From Candidatus Latescibacterota bacterium (GTDB lineage: Bacteria; Latescibacterota; UBA2968; UBA8231), in contig CBDETK010000013.1 in the NCBI GenBank assembly GCA_965242865.1, positions 2,048,001 through 2,112,000 on the forward strand: 64,000 nucleotides of DNA, in the 5' to 3' direction. The translations under genes and the position numbers were made by a program. This document shows positions 18,972 to 28,011 of the stretch, piece after piece. Under the pieces are notes generated by a model that saw only the letters and a program-made list of their open reading frames with translations, had not been told where the DNA came from and did no database searches. The number at the start of each line of letters is the position of its first letter. Positions within the stretch are counted from its first letter, which is position 1.

Positions 18972-20330
18972 ATGTCTAGTGCTCCGCTCATCGTCAGTAT
19001 TTCTGGGATTCGCGGCCTCGTCGGCCAGTCGCTCACCGACGAGGTCGTCGCCCGCTTTGCCGCGGCCTTTGGCACCACCTTGCCGTTGGGGGCCATCGTC
19101 GTCGTCGCCCGGGACACGCGCCCGTCTGGAGCGGCTTTTGCCCAAGCAGCGGCCGTGGCCCTGCGTCAGACGGGTTGCTGCGTCGTCGATGTGGGCGCGT
19201 GCTCCACGCCCGGAGCAAAGCTGATGGTCGCGGCGCTCGCGGCCGAGGGCGCGATCATCATCACTGCCAGCCACAACCCGGCCCCTTGGAACGGCCTCAA
19301 GCTGGTGCGCGCCGATGGCGTGTTCCTCAATGCAGAAGAAGGGGCGCGCGTCGAGGAGCTCTTTCGCACGGGCCGGTTTCGCCGCGCCGCGCCCGGCGCG
19401 TTTGAAGCGTGCGATGCAAGCGCCGTAGTGGCGCGTCACGTTCAGCGGATTGTGGACTACGTCGATGCGGATGCCATTCGTCGGGCGGGGTTCAAGGTGG
19501 CCGTCGATCCCTGCAATGGCACGGGCGCGTTGTTGGCCCCGCCCCTGCTAAGCGCCTTGGGCGTTGAAGCGGTCCTGATCAACGAGCGGCCCGATGGCGA
19601 TTTTGCCCACGACCCGGAGCCGGTGCCCGCCAACCTCGTCCCGCTCGGTCGGGCCGTGCGCGCCAACGGCTGCGTCATCGGCTTTGCCATAGACCCGGAC
19701 GCCGACCGCGTCGCGTTGGTCGATTCGAGCGGTGCGCCCGTAGGCGAGGACTACACGCTCGCGCTGGCGGTGCAAGCGGTGGCCGCGCGGCGGCCCGGCC
19801 CGGTCGTCACCACCCTCTCTACCTCGCAGGCCGTTGCCGACGCGGCCGCGGCCCACAACTGCCCGGTCTTTCTCACGGCGGTCGGCGAGGTAAACGTGGT
19901 GGAGAAGATGATGGCCGAGCGAGCCGTCATCGGCGGCGAGGGCAACGGCGGCGTCATCGTCACCCAAGTCGGACCCAGCCGCGACGCAGCCCTCGGCTTG
20001 GCCCTAGTGCTGGAAGCTATGGCGCGCACGGGCCAATCTCTGGCAGAACGGATGGCCGCCTTGCCCCGCTACGCCATTGACAAGCGCAAAATCACTTGTA
20101 CCCCAGCGCAGCTTGCCGAGGCCCTTGCCGCGCTGCGCGCACGCTATCCCCAAGCGTACATCCACCCGGTGCGCGATGGTTCCAAGCTCTACCTGAGCGG
20201 GCAGCTCGAATGCCCTTGGGTCCACCTCCGCGCCTCCAACACCGAACCCATTGTCCGCGTCATCGCCGAGAGCGCGAGCCCCGAGGAAGCCGCCCGGCTC
20301 TGCGACGAGGTGGAAGGATTGTTTGCGTAA
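18972..20330 (+). CDS. Alpha-D-phosphohexomutase (PGM/PMM/GlmM-like)
   Basis: SISGIRG, TASHNP, DPDADR, GGEGNGG, RASNTEP. Confidence 0.92.
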   Translation: MSSAPLIVSISGIRGLVGQSLTDEVVARFAAAFGTTLPLGAIVVVARDTRPSGAAFAQAAAVALRQTGCCVVDVGACSTPGAKLMVAALAAEGAIIITASHNPAPWNGLKLVRADGVFLNAEEGARVEELFRTGRFRRAAPGAFEACDASAVVARHVQRIVDYVDADAIRRAGFKVAVDPCNGTGALLAPPLLSALGVEAVLINERPDGDFAHDPEPVPANLVPLGRAVRANGCVIGFAIDPDADRVALVDSSGAPVGEDYTLALAVQAVAARRPGPVVTTLSTSQAVADAAAAHNCPVFLTAVGEVNVVEKMMAERAVIGGEGNGGVIVTQVGPSRDAALGLALVLEAMARTGQSLAERMAALPRYAIDKRKITCTPAQLAEALAALRARYPQAYIHPVRDGSKLYLSGQLECPWVHLRASNTEPIVRVIAESASPEEAARLCDEVEGLFA

Positions 20331-20331
20331 G

Positions 20332-20565
20332 ATGACCGAACCGATTACCCCGCAGCGAGATCACGACCGCCGCATTGGACGGTTGGCAGGGATTGCCGAG
20401 CAGTTAGATCGCCGCTTGGAATCCATTGAACGCCGAGTCGAAGGCGTTGAACGCGCCATTGCCGACCTTGCCCGCCGCATGGACAGCCAATTTCGTTGGA
20501 TGGTCGGCCTTCAAATAACAACGCTGATCGCACTGGGTACGCTGATCTTGACCCGCTTGCCCTAA
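20332..20565 (+). CDS. Small coiled-coil protein with C-terminal TM helix
   Basis: ATG 1 nt after the upstream stop; heptad-like LDRRLESIERRVEGVERAI, then FRWMVGLQITTLIALGTLIL. Confidence 0.6.
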   Translation: MTEPITPQRDHDRRIGRLAGIAEQLDRRLESIERRVEGVERAIADLARRMDSQFRWMVGLQITTLIALGTLILTRLP

Positions 20566-20631
20566 CCGCCCGCCCGAAGCCGCTAGATAGACACTCCTGT
20601 CGGGGTGTCCTCGCCAAACAAAGGAGAGATA

Positions 20632-20781
20632 ATGTACAGGCTCATTTTCGTTTCGCTAGCGTTGTTGGCTTGCGCCAATCTAGAAGGCCCGCGAGGGCCG
20701 CAAGGAGAACAGGGCGAACAAGGAGCGATAGGAACAGATGTCTTTAGGCTTTTTACTTTTTTTAACGTGAGTTCGGGTTAA
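20632..20781 (+). pseudogene. Truncated lipoprotein with collagen-like Gly-X-Y repeats
   Basis: AAGGAG RBS; MYRLIFVSLALLAC (lipobox), then GPR GPQ GEQ GEQ GAI GTD; stop falls inside the IS left end. Not in the supplied ORF track. Confidence 0.6.
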
Positions 20782-21746
20782 GGTGAGGGTCTCCTTTTTG
20801 GCTAAACTTAGGTATAGCCCTATACCCCTTAGCCATCCGGGAGCCCTCCCGATGAATTGAGTTGAACTGTTTTGCCCTGTCGATGATTTTTGCCCAGGTT
20901 TTGAGCCCTCGTGGATACGCACCCCATTCACGGCGGGACGGCGTCAGCGTCGGCGGGCGGGTTCCCTTTGTTTGAGCGAGATCATGACCTTGTTGATTTG
21001 GTTTCACCCGTCTCAGTATCGCACGTTCAAGGCGTTCTACCAGCAGCAGGTCTGTCGGCCTCTACGCGGGGCGTTTCCGGGGTTAGTCCGCTATGGGCGT
21101 TTTGTCGAGTTAATGCCTTCGGCTCTTATTCCGTTAGGCGTCTATCTGCGTCCATGCCAAGGCTCCTGCACGGGGATTTCGTTTATCGACTCCACGCCGT
21201 TGGAGGTCTATGCGGCAGCGCGCCAGCACCAGCACCGTCTGTTTGCCGGCCTTGCCCAATGGGGCAAACGCTCGACCGGGTGGTTTTTCGGCTTCAAGCT
21301 CCATCTGGTCTGTAATGATCAAGGCCAAGTGCTCAACTGGGGGCTGACCCCCGGCAACGTCGATGATCGCCGACCCGTGGTCGGCTTGGTGCGCGACCTG
21401 TTTGGCACGTTGGTCGCCGACCGAGGGTATATTTCCAGTACGCTAGGCCACCAACTGAACGCACAGAGCACTCTCCGCTTGAGTACCAAGCCCCGATCCA
21501 ACATGAAAAAGCACCCCCTGTCCCGCGCAGACCAACGCCTGCTACATAAACGAACCCTCATCGAAACCATCATCAACCAACTCAACAATATCGCCCAGAT
21601 TGAGCATACCAGACATCGAAGCCCAATCAATTTTATGGTCCATCTCATCAGCGGATTAATTGCCTATGCCCACCAACCCAAAAAACCTACCTTAAAAACC
21701 AACGGGCCCAGCCAAGCAGAGGCCGGTTAACCCGAACTCACGTTAA
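20762..21746 (+). mobile_element. IS982-family insertion sequence
   Basis: Perfect 20-bp inverted repeats TTAACGTGAGTTCGGGTTAA (20762-20781) and TTAACCCGAACTCACGTTAA (21727-21746). The outer TTAA can be read as the target duplication. Encloses a DDE transposase. Confidence 0.9.
20852..21730 (+). pseudogene. IS982-family transposase with nonsense codon at position 3
   Basis: ATG AAT TGA GTT GAA... = MN*VELFCPVDDFC; SEIMT, FIDSTPL, GWFFGFKLH, GNVDDR, ADRGY, IET, IEHTRHRS. Confidence 0.85.
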
Positions 21747-22060
21747 TATACGTTTTTGATTCGCCGGAAACGTGGGTGTATCATTTATTGATGAACTATT
21801 GGACGAAGGCCAATCCCAGCATAAATAAACTCCTTGAAAGAGTGTGCGAGCAACATGTCATCTTTGGATGGGCAAACGAAGAAATGAGGAAAAAGTTATG
21901 GATAGACAGGTTATCTGTAAGCGGAAAGCCCCTAAAGAGGCTATATATACAAGAGAAGCCTTACGAAAAATACATAATTGCCGTGTTGGGGGCACTGCTG
22001 GGGGCTCTGTTCGCAGAACTACTAAGAATGGTCAAATCCTAACCATGGAGGACATACTAT

Positions 22061-22219
22061 ATGAACACCCAACGCACCATCCTACTCTCTCTCGTTATGA
22101 TGATGGCGGCAACCCCCGCCAAAGGGCACACCCTGGCTTCGGTGGGGCGCAATAAAGGCCGCGCACAAGCCTGCCGCAGGCAAGGCGACGACGGATTGTT
22201 CGCTGTTGGATATTTATGA
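22061..22219 (+). CDS. Short signal-peptide-bearing ORF (possibly the detached N-terminus of the downstream protease)
   Basis: GGAGG RBS; MNTQRTILLSLVMMMAATPAKG; ATGA overlap with the 22216 ORF. Confidence 0.4.
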   Translation: MNTQRTILLSLVMMMAATPAKGHTLASVGRNKGRAQACRRQGDDGLFAVGYL

Positions 22220-23043
22220 AAGGCACGTGCAGCGACACGGGAAACCCAACGCCGAAATCTATACCGCCCGCAGATCCCTTCAATATCCAAATTGAGTACA
22301 AAGTGGTGGATATTGACGAGGAATTAGCCGAACTTGACCGGCGAGGAATACACTACAACGAGGAGTATCGGGAAGCTCTCGTGGAGCTATACGGCGAGAC
22401 TCCCGTTCCGTTTACACCCGCCTGCATCGAGGCCATTGAACGTGCCGCCCGACGATGGGAAGAGGTCGCCGCGGTTGGTTTTGCTGATACACTATTCCGC
22501 GAACCGTTTGTACGTTTTCCAGATCGGGAGCCCTACGTCCAAATAGACGATTTTCTTTTAACGGTCTCTGCGGGGAGTCTCGATTACTATAGCGCCGGTT
22601 TTGGCGGGCACCAACCACACCACGAGCGGCCGCACTCGGAGGTGCCTTTTGCTGGTCAAGTAACCCTATTTCGCCGCGTAGACGACATAGGGTCTGAGTA
22701 TATGTATCAACTTACACTACACGAGATTGGGCATGCACTTGGCTTGGTACAGATGGGGCGCGGCAGCGACGGTGATTACTGGCAACGTCCTGCTTTTGTG
22801 CGTCGCTTTGGGGTTACGCAAGGAGTGTTTACTCTTATCAGTGCCCACTTTAACGTCGGTGGCGACATTATGGGCGACATTTGGAATAGTGATATAACAA
22901 CCCTAAGTGCAGCCGTCATGGACGATATGGGGTATCACGTTGATTATGAAGCTGAGGCAGAGTTCGTCTTATCCAGCGGCAAGCCCACCCTACACGCCCT
23001 ACCTGCACTGCGCTGTGGTGTCGGACACTCTTATAACCCCTAA
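22216..23043 (+). CDS. Zinc metalloprotease, HEXXH (leishmanolysin/M10-like)
   Basis: AARRWEEV, LHEIGHALGL, H..DIM, MDDMGYHVDY. Confidence 0.7.
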   Translation: MKGTCSDTGNPTPKSIPPADPFNIQIEYKVVDIDEELAELDRRGIHYNEEYREALVELYGETPVPFTPACIEAIERAARRWEEVAAVGFADTLFREPFVRFPDREPYVQIDDFLLTVSAGSLDYYSAGFGGHQPHHERPHSEVPFAGQVTLFRRVDDIGSEYMYQLTLHEIGHALGLVQMGRGSDGDYWQRPAFVRRFGVTQGVFTLISAHFNVGGDIMGDIWNSDITTLSAAVMDDMGYHVDYEAEAEFVLSSGKPTLHALPALRCGVGHSYNP

Positions 23044-23070
23044 CCACCCAAACCCAGGAAGGACTCTCCC

Positions 23071-23250
23071 ATGAAGATCCCCATGAGTAATCAGGACAAA
23101 GCGCACCTTCGTAGTAAGATCCAAAGCAAGATCCTCGGCTACCTCCGCCACAACTCGTACCTGTCCATTGACCAGTTCGCCTAAAAGATGGGTCCGTATG
23201 CGTCCAAAAAAGCGGTGAAGGACGCGGCCGAGTACCTAATCCAGCGCGGT
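23071..23250 (+). pseudogene. Winged-helix-like remnant with in-frame TAA
   Basis: MKIPMSNQDKAHLRSKIQSKILGYLRHNSYLSIDQFA*KMGPYASKKAVKDAAEYLIQRG; TAA at 23182-23184. Confidence 0.45.
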
Positions 23251-24447
23251 TTGTATTTTCGCGGGCCTGTTCCCTACCTCGTCGCGGGCCTTTTAATCCA
23301 CGCCTTTTTCCTCGCCGCGCTCGCCACCGACTTCCTCCGGCCCCTCTTCAACGACGCATCTCACACCCGCCGCGGCTTTGATTTCGGGGTTTTCTATTTG
23401 GCGGGACAAGCCCTAGCCGAAGGCCGCGACATCTACTCGGTGTCCGGGGCTTTCGGCTTCCGCTATTTGCCGGCCTTTGCTTGGGTCGCCGGCCTTTTCG
23501 CCCACTTTCAGCCCCTTACGGCCTATCTCCTGCACCTGTGCTGCACCGAGCTCTTGCTCGCGGCCAACCTCTATCTGACTTGGCGGTGGGTCGAACGGCC
23601 GCGCCGCGGCTGGGCCTCGTTTATGTGGCTGGGGTTCTCGCCTTACTTTCTCGAACTCTACATGGGGCAAGTCAGCTTCTGGGCGGCCTCACTGCTCTTT
23701 TGGCTCATCGTCGGCCTCCACCGAGGGCGGCAATGGCCAGCCAGCTTGTGTTGGGCGGGGGCCCTCTTAGTCAAACCCAACGCCTTGATCCTCGTCCCCG
23801 CGCTGCTGCGGATTCGCGCTTGGCGCGTCCTCGTCTTAGGGCTGCTGGCCGTCGTTTTCACCGCGCTGCCCTATTTCCTCCTGCATCCCAACAGCTGGGC
23901 GGCCTTTTTCGCGGCCAATATGTACGGCGCGCCCAGCCCAGGGGCCCTCACCCACGCCGGCAATCTAGGGCTGCAAGGCGGGCTGGTCAGCGTCGTGGCC
24001 CAACTCGCCGGGCGGCCCCTCGCCGAGTTGACGACCCTCGCTGACCTCCCGCTCGCCGGCCGCGCGGTCATTTACTTTTCGCAGGCCGCCATCCTCGGCG
24101 CGACCTTGGTGGCCACTTGGCGCGGCCGCGACGCCCTGCCGCTTCTCGCGCTGTGGATGAGCACCTTTTTTCTCGTGTATAAAGACGTTTGGGAGCATCA
24201 CTACGTCTTTCTCCAGCCCGTGCTCGTGGGCTTGTACGCGCATTCGGGTTCTGCTAAGCTCTTGTGGATATTCGCCTTTATCGCGCTGCCGACGCCCTTT
24301 GTGTTTTTCGACACGGAGCCCGGGGTCTATGGGCCGATCGACCCGGAGCGCACGTGGGGCCCCGTCGTTTCCAGCGCCTATCGCAGCACCAAACTCATTC
24401 CCCTCGGCTGCTTGTGGTACGGGCTGTGCCGCAGGTGCAAGCCTTGA
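23188..24447 (+). CDS. Glycosyltransferase family 87-like (DUF2029) GT-C membrane protein
   Basis: DFGVFYLAG, FRYLPAFA, GQV, VKP, WEHHY; many TM segments. The native start may be TTG 23251. Confidence 0.8.
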   Translation: MGPYASKKAVKDAAEYLIQRGLYFRGPVPYLVAGLLIHAFFLAALATDFLRPLFNDASHTRRGFDFGVFYLAGQALAEGRDIYSVSGAFGFRYLPAFAWVAGLFAHFQPLTAYLLHLCCTELLLAANLYLTWRWVERPRRGWASFMWLGFSPYFLELYMGQVSFWAASLLFWLIVGLHRGRQWPASLCWAGALLVKPNALILVPALLRIRAWRVLVLGLLAVVFTALPYFLLHPNSWAAFFAANMYGAPSPGALTHAGNLGLQGGLVSVVAQLAGRPLAELTTLADLPLAGRAVIYFSQAAILGATLVATWRGRDALPLLALWMSTFFLVYKDVWEHHYVFLQPVLVGLYAHSGSAKLLWIFAFIALPTPFVFFDTEPGVYGPIDPERTWGPVVSSAYRSTKLIPLGCLWYGLCRRCKP

Positions 24448-24504
24448 TATTAGCGTACCAGAGCCGTATTATATTTTACCTCTCGTCTTTCTCTTAGCGG
24501 TCTT

Positions 24505-25392
24505 ATGGCATCCGACTCCAAGCGCCGACTCCCACCTTGGCTCAAGGCCAAAGCTCCGGGCCACCCCAATTACATCGCCCTAAAAAACCTGCTCGCCGAT
24601 TTACAGCTAAACACGGTGTGCGAGAGTGCCCAGTGCCCCAACATCGGCGAGTGCTGGAGCCAGCGCACGGCGACCTTTATGATTTTGGGCGATGTCTGCA
24701 CCCGCAGTTGCGGGTTCTGCGCGATCAAAACGGGCCGCCCTCTAAGGCTCGACGAGGGGGAGCCGGAGCGCGTGGCCGCGGCCATTGCGCGCCTCGGGCT
24801 AGACCACGCGGTGATTACCTCGGTCAATCGCGACGAACTGCCAGACGGCGGGGCGCGCATTTTCGCCCGGACGATCGCGGCCGTCCATCGCCTGTGCCCT
24901 CAGACCAGCGTCGAAGTCTTGATCCCAGACTTCAAGGGAGACTGGCAGGCCCTAGCCACCGTCCTCGCGGCCGGCCCGGACATCCTCAACCACAACATTG
25001 AAACGCCGCCGCGCCTCTACCCCACCATGCGCCCCCAAGCCCAGTACGGCCGCTCGTTGGAACTCCTCGATCAGGCCCGCGAGATGAGTTCAGCCCCCAC
25101 CAAGTCGGGCATGATGCTGGGGGCCGGCGAGACCAAAAAAGAAATAGCGCAGAGCATCCAAGACCTAGCGGATGTGGGCTGCGCCATTCTGACGTTGGGC
25201 CAGTACCTAAGCCCGTCCTCCCACCACGTGCCCGTAGAGCGCTTTGTTCATCCCGACGAGTTTGCCGAGTGGAAGCACTTCGCCCTCGGCTTGGGCTTTC
25301 GCCACGTCGAGTCCGGCCCGCTGGTGCGCAGCTCGTACCACGCCGCGAGCCAAGTCGAACAGGTGCGGGCCACTATCGCCACTACCTCCTGA
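24505..25392 (+). CDS. lipA: Lipoyl synthase
   Basis: CESAQCPNIGEC, CTRSCGFC, NHNIET, GPLVRSSYHA. Confidence 0.97.
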   Translation: MASDSKRRLPPWLKAKAPGHPNYIALKNLLADLQLNTVCESAQCPNIGECWSQRTATFMILGDVCTRSCGFCAIKTGRPLRLDEGEPERVAAAIARLGLDHAVITSVNRDELPDGGARIFARTIAAVHRLCPQTSVEVLIPDFKGDWQALATVLAAGPDILNHNIETPPRLYPTMRPQAQYGRSLELLDQAREMSSAPTKSGMMLGAGETKKEIAQSIQDLADVGCAILTLGQYLSPSSHHVPVERFVHPDEFAEWKHFALGLGFRHVESGPLVRSSYHAASQVEQVRATIATTS

Positions 25393-25401
25393 GAGAAGCC
25401 A

Positions 25402-26406
25402 ATGAACCTAGAGAAACAGGCCATACCTGAGTATCTGAAACGCAAGAAACTGCTCGCCGAGGTGGCCCCGATCCGCGTCCAAGACTTGAGCGATGGGCTG
25501 AAAAACCGGGTGTATTACGTGGAGTCTGCCAACCAGACTTGGATCGTCAAGCAGGCGCACTCGCGCGTCCAAATCAAGGAGCGCTGGTGGATTGACCGGC
25601 GGCGCATTTTCGCCGAGAAAAGCTGCATTGAGCTTTTGGCGCGGTTTCTCCCGCCCGACAACCTCCCGCAAGTCTTGCTCGAAGACCGCACGGACTTCAT
25701 CCTCGTGACGACCCCGCCGCCGCACAACGCCCTGTCGTGGGAAGGCGACCTGCTCAACGGTCGCATCAACCTGCAAATCGCCGTTCAGTGCGGCGAGATG
25801 TTGGCCACCGTTCACAACGAAACGGCTGGCTCGGCTGAGGTGGCGGCCGCGTTTGCCGCGACCAAGGCGTTTGCTCAACTCCGCATCGACCCCCTCTACA
25901 ACTACATCGCCACCGCCTATCCCGATCTCAAAAAGGTCCTTGCCATCCACACCAACCGCCTGCTCAACGAGGGGTTTTGCTTGGTCTTGGGCGACTTGCG
26001 GCCCCGCAATGTATGGGTCGCCCATGGCCGCCCCTATTGGGTAGATTTCGCCACCGCCCACTACGGTTATCCCACCTTTGACCTCGCCTTCTACACGGCC
26101 GATATGTGCATCAAGGCCATGCAGAACACCGCCCAAAAAGCCGCCTATTTAGAAGCCGTCAATGTGTTCTGGAACAGCTATTTTCAGAGCGCGAGCTACG
26201 AGCAGGTCGAGGAAATCAAGCACCGAGCCGTCCACGACCTCGGCTGCCTGCTGCTGAGCGCGACCGACGGCCGCCAGCCGGTCGCCCTCGGCGACGAGCG
26301 CGTCATTGGGCTGTCGCGGCGCATTGCCCAGAGCCTGATTTTAACGGGCTTGGAGCGCATCGAGGACGTCACCGAGTTCGTCAATCGGACCTTGATCGAT
26401 GGCTAG
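25402..26406 (+). CDS. APH / 5-methylthioribose kinase-like phosphotransferase
   Basis: GLKNRVY, IVKQA, QLRIDP, GDLRPRN, VDF..AHYG.P.FDL. Confidence 0.75.
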   Translation: MNLEKQAIPEYLKRKKLLAEVAPIRVQDLSDGLKNRVYYVESANQTWIVKQAHSRVQIKERWWIDRRRIFAEKSCIELLARFLPPDNLPQVLLEDRTDFILVTTPPPHNALSWEGDLLNGRINLQIAVQCGEMLATVHNETAGSAEVAAAFAATKAFAQLRIDPLYNYIATAYPDLKKVLAIHTNRLLNEGFCLVLGDLRPRNVWVAHGRPYWVDFATAHYGYPTFDLAFYTADMCIKAMQNTAQKAAYLEAVNVFWNSYFQSASYEQVEEIKHRAVHDLGCLLLSATDGRQPVALGDERVIGLSRRIAQSLILTGLERIEDVTEFVNRTLIDG

Positions 26407-26442
26407 AGGTTCCGAATCACTCCATCTACAAGGGAGTTTGGC

Positions 26443-27144
26443 TCACCCCCTCACCTTCTCCGCCAAATCCCCACTGCTCGACCGAATGTGCGCCGCCATC
26501 GCCTGCCGTGCGGCCTCTGCATCCCGCCGCTGCAATGCCGCCAAAATTTGGCGGTGTTCCGCCAGCGACAGTTCGGCCCGGGGACCCGCCAGCGACGGCT
26601 CTGCCAAGCTCTCCTTGATCCATTCTTGTAGGTAACTGCGCGTGGTTTCGAGTAAGCTGTAGAGAATGGAATTGTGGGTGGCGCGGGCAATGAGCAGGTG
26701 GAATTGCAAATCGCTGGCGAGAAAGCGTCCCGCGTCGGCTAGCCCCGCGGCCATGCCGGCCAGCGCGTCGGCCATGGCCGCCAAGTCAGCGGGCGTGGCC
26801 CGCTCGGCCGCCAAATAGGCGGTTTGCGACTCGAGCATCATCCGCGTCTCGCTGAGGTCTTGCAGCTTCTTGCCGTCGAGCAAAAACCCCCATTGCAACG
26901 CCCGCTCCACGTATTGGCCCTTGTCGCAGACAAAGGTGCCCTCGCCCACGCGGCCTTCGAGCAGGCCCATCATGGACAGGGAGCGCAGGGCTTCGCGCAG
27001 GGAGGATCGCCCAACCTGAAAGCGCTTGCACAGTTCGCGCTCCGGCGGCAGCCTGTCGCCGGGCTTGAGGACGTTGCGCTCGATTAAGTCGGTTATCTGC
27101 GCGATAATCGCGTCGCTTACGGACGTGCGCTGCACCGGGCGCAT
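26443..27144 (-). CDS. GntR family, FadR-subfamily transcriptional regulator
   Basis: PGDRLPPEREL...VGRSSLREAL..L...G.GTFV; FCD domain DLQFH, EH..I. Confidence 0.93.
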   Translation of the reverse strand: MRPVQRTSVSDAIIAQITDLIERNVLKPGDRLPPERELCKRFQVGRSSLREALRSLSMMGLLEGRVGEGTFVCDKGQYVERALQWGFLLDGKKLQDLSETRMMLESQTAYLAAERATPADLAAMADALAGMAAGLADAGRFLASDLQFHLLIARATHNSILYSLLETTRSYLQEWIKESLAEPSLAGPRAELSLAEHRQILAALQRRDAEAARQAMAAHIRSSSGDLAEKVRG

Positions 27145-27199
27145 GTTAGCAGAATCGGTCAAGGCATTCAGTCGCGGCTGGCGGAAAAAGTATTTGCCG

Positions 27200-27212
27200 A
27201 TGGTCAGACCAT
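27200..27212. promoter_or_regulatory. Putative FadR-type operator
   Basis: Perfect palindrome ATGGTC-A-GACCAT between the divergent regulator and methyltransferase operon; matches the TGGTCNGACCA FadR consensus. Confidence 0.7.
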
Positions 27213-27273
27213 TAGCTATTTTGTCCAACAGTACTCAACGTAGCACTTTGCTGTCAAGAGGAATGCAGAGCAG

Positions 27274-28002
27274 ATGTCACAAACCTTGGACCTTGGCTTG
27301 CGCGTCGAATTGGTCTCTATGGATCCCCACTTCCACGACATTTCCATCGCGCTCTATGCCCCAGACAGCCCCGGACCGCCCTGCTACCAAGTTCACACCT
27401 ACAGCCGGCATCCCGGGGCGGCCGAGCGCGTCGCCGGGGTCGCCCGCGCCATGCAGGTGCTCGGGGGCATGGAACCAATAACCGCCAGCCCACCCGGCTT
27501 TTCCGCCCCCTGCTGCCAGATCACCTCTAGGGTCGCCCGCACCATGCAGGCACTCAGAGGCATGGAACCAACAACCGCCGGCCCACTCGGGTTTTCCTGC
27601 GGCCACGCCCATCGGCTCGCGGTCAAGCGGATCTTCCTAGAAGCGTGCAAGCTGCCGCCGGCGCAGCCCTTACAGCCGCGCCCCCTGCACATCTTTGACA
27701 AAAAGGCCAACGCCACCATTGCCGTCGCCAGCCTCGGGCAGGGCCTGTACGAGGTCCGCGCTACGGAACAGGTCCGCGGCATCGAACGCCGCGTCGCCAC
27801 CATCGCCCGCGGCCTAATCCGCCTCGGCGAAATGGACGAGGTCGCTGGCCAACCCAACCAAGCCCAGTTCGGCTGCGGCACAGCGCACGACGCCTTGATC
27901 GGCCTCTTGCTCGTCCGCGCCCCCAACGTACGTGCGGCCGTGCGCGAGGTCGAAGCCATGGCCAGCCGCGGCGTCCTCTCAGCCCCCAGTGCCCAAGAGT
28001 AA
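27274..28002 (+). CDS. Hypothetical protein with two CGxAH motifs and an internal duplication
   Basis: AGAGG RBS; first gene of the operon; FSCGHAH...EAC and FGCGTAHD. Confidence 0.7.
   Translation: MSQTLDLGLRVELVSMDPHFHDISIALYAPDSPGPPCYQVHTYSRHPGAAERVAGVARAMQVLGGMEPITASPPGFSAPCCQITSRVARTMQALRGMEPTTAGPLGFSCGHAHRLAVKRIFLEACKLPPAQPLQPRPLHIFDKKANATIAVASLGQGLYEVRATEQVRGIERRVATIARGLIRLGEMDEVAGQPNQAQFGCGTAHDALIGLLLVRAPNVRAAVREVEAMASRGVLSAPSAQE
27439..27597 (+). repeat. In-frame intragenic duplication, period 93 bp
   Basis: 27439-27504 vs 27532-27597: VARAMQVLGGMEPITASPPGFS / VARTMQALRGMEPTTAGPLGFS. Confidence 0.85.
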
Positions 28003-28011
28003 AGGAGTCTT

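Larger units (their letters stand above)
20738..22042 (+). pseudogene. IS-interrupted small membrane protein (107 aa when restored)
   Basis: Removing the IS plus one TTAA (981 bp) joins MSLGFLLFL to IYVFDSPETWVYHLL...YIIAVLGALLGALFAELLRMVKS* in frame. Confidence 0.6.

Noticed and set aside
20858-20860. Selenocysteine or recoded TGA in the transposase
   Set aside because: TGA is a normal stop elsewhere in the window, the position is not a Cys site, and other motifs look eroded. A nonsense mutation is simpler.
20560-23050. Integron cassettes (several stops read ..CTAAC)
   Set aside because: No matching GTTRRRY ends or attC-like stems downstream, and no integrase.
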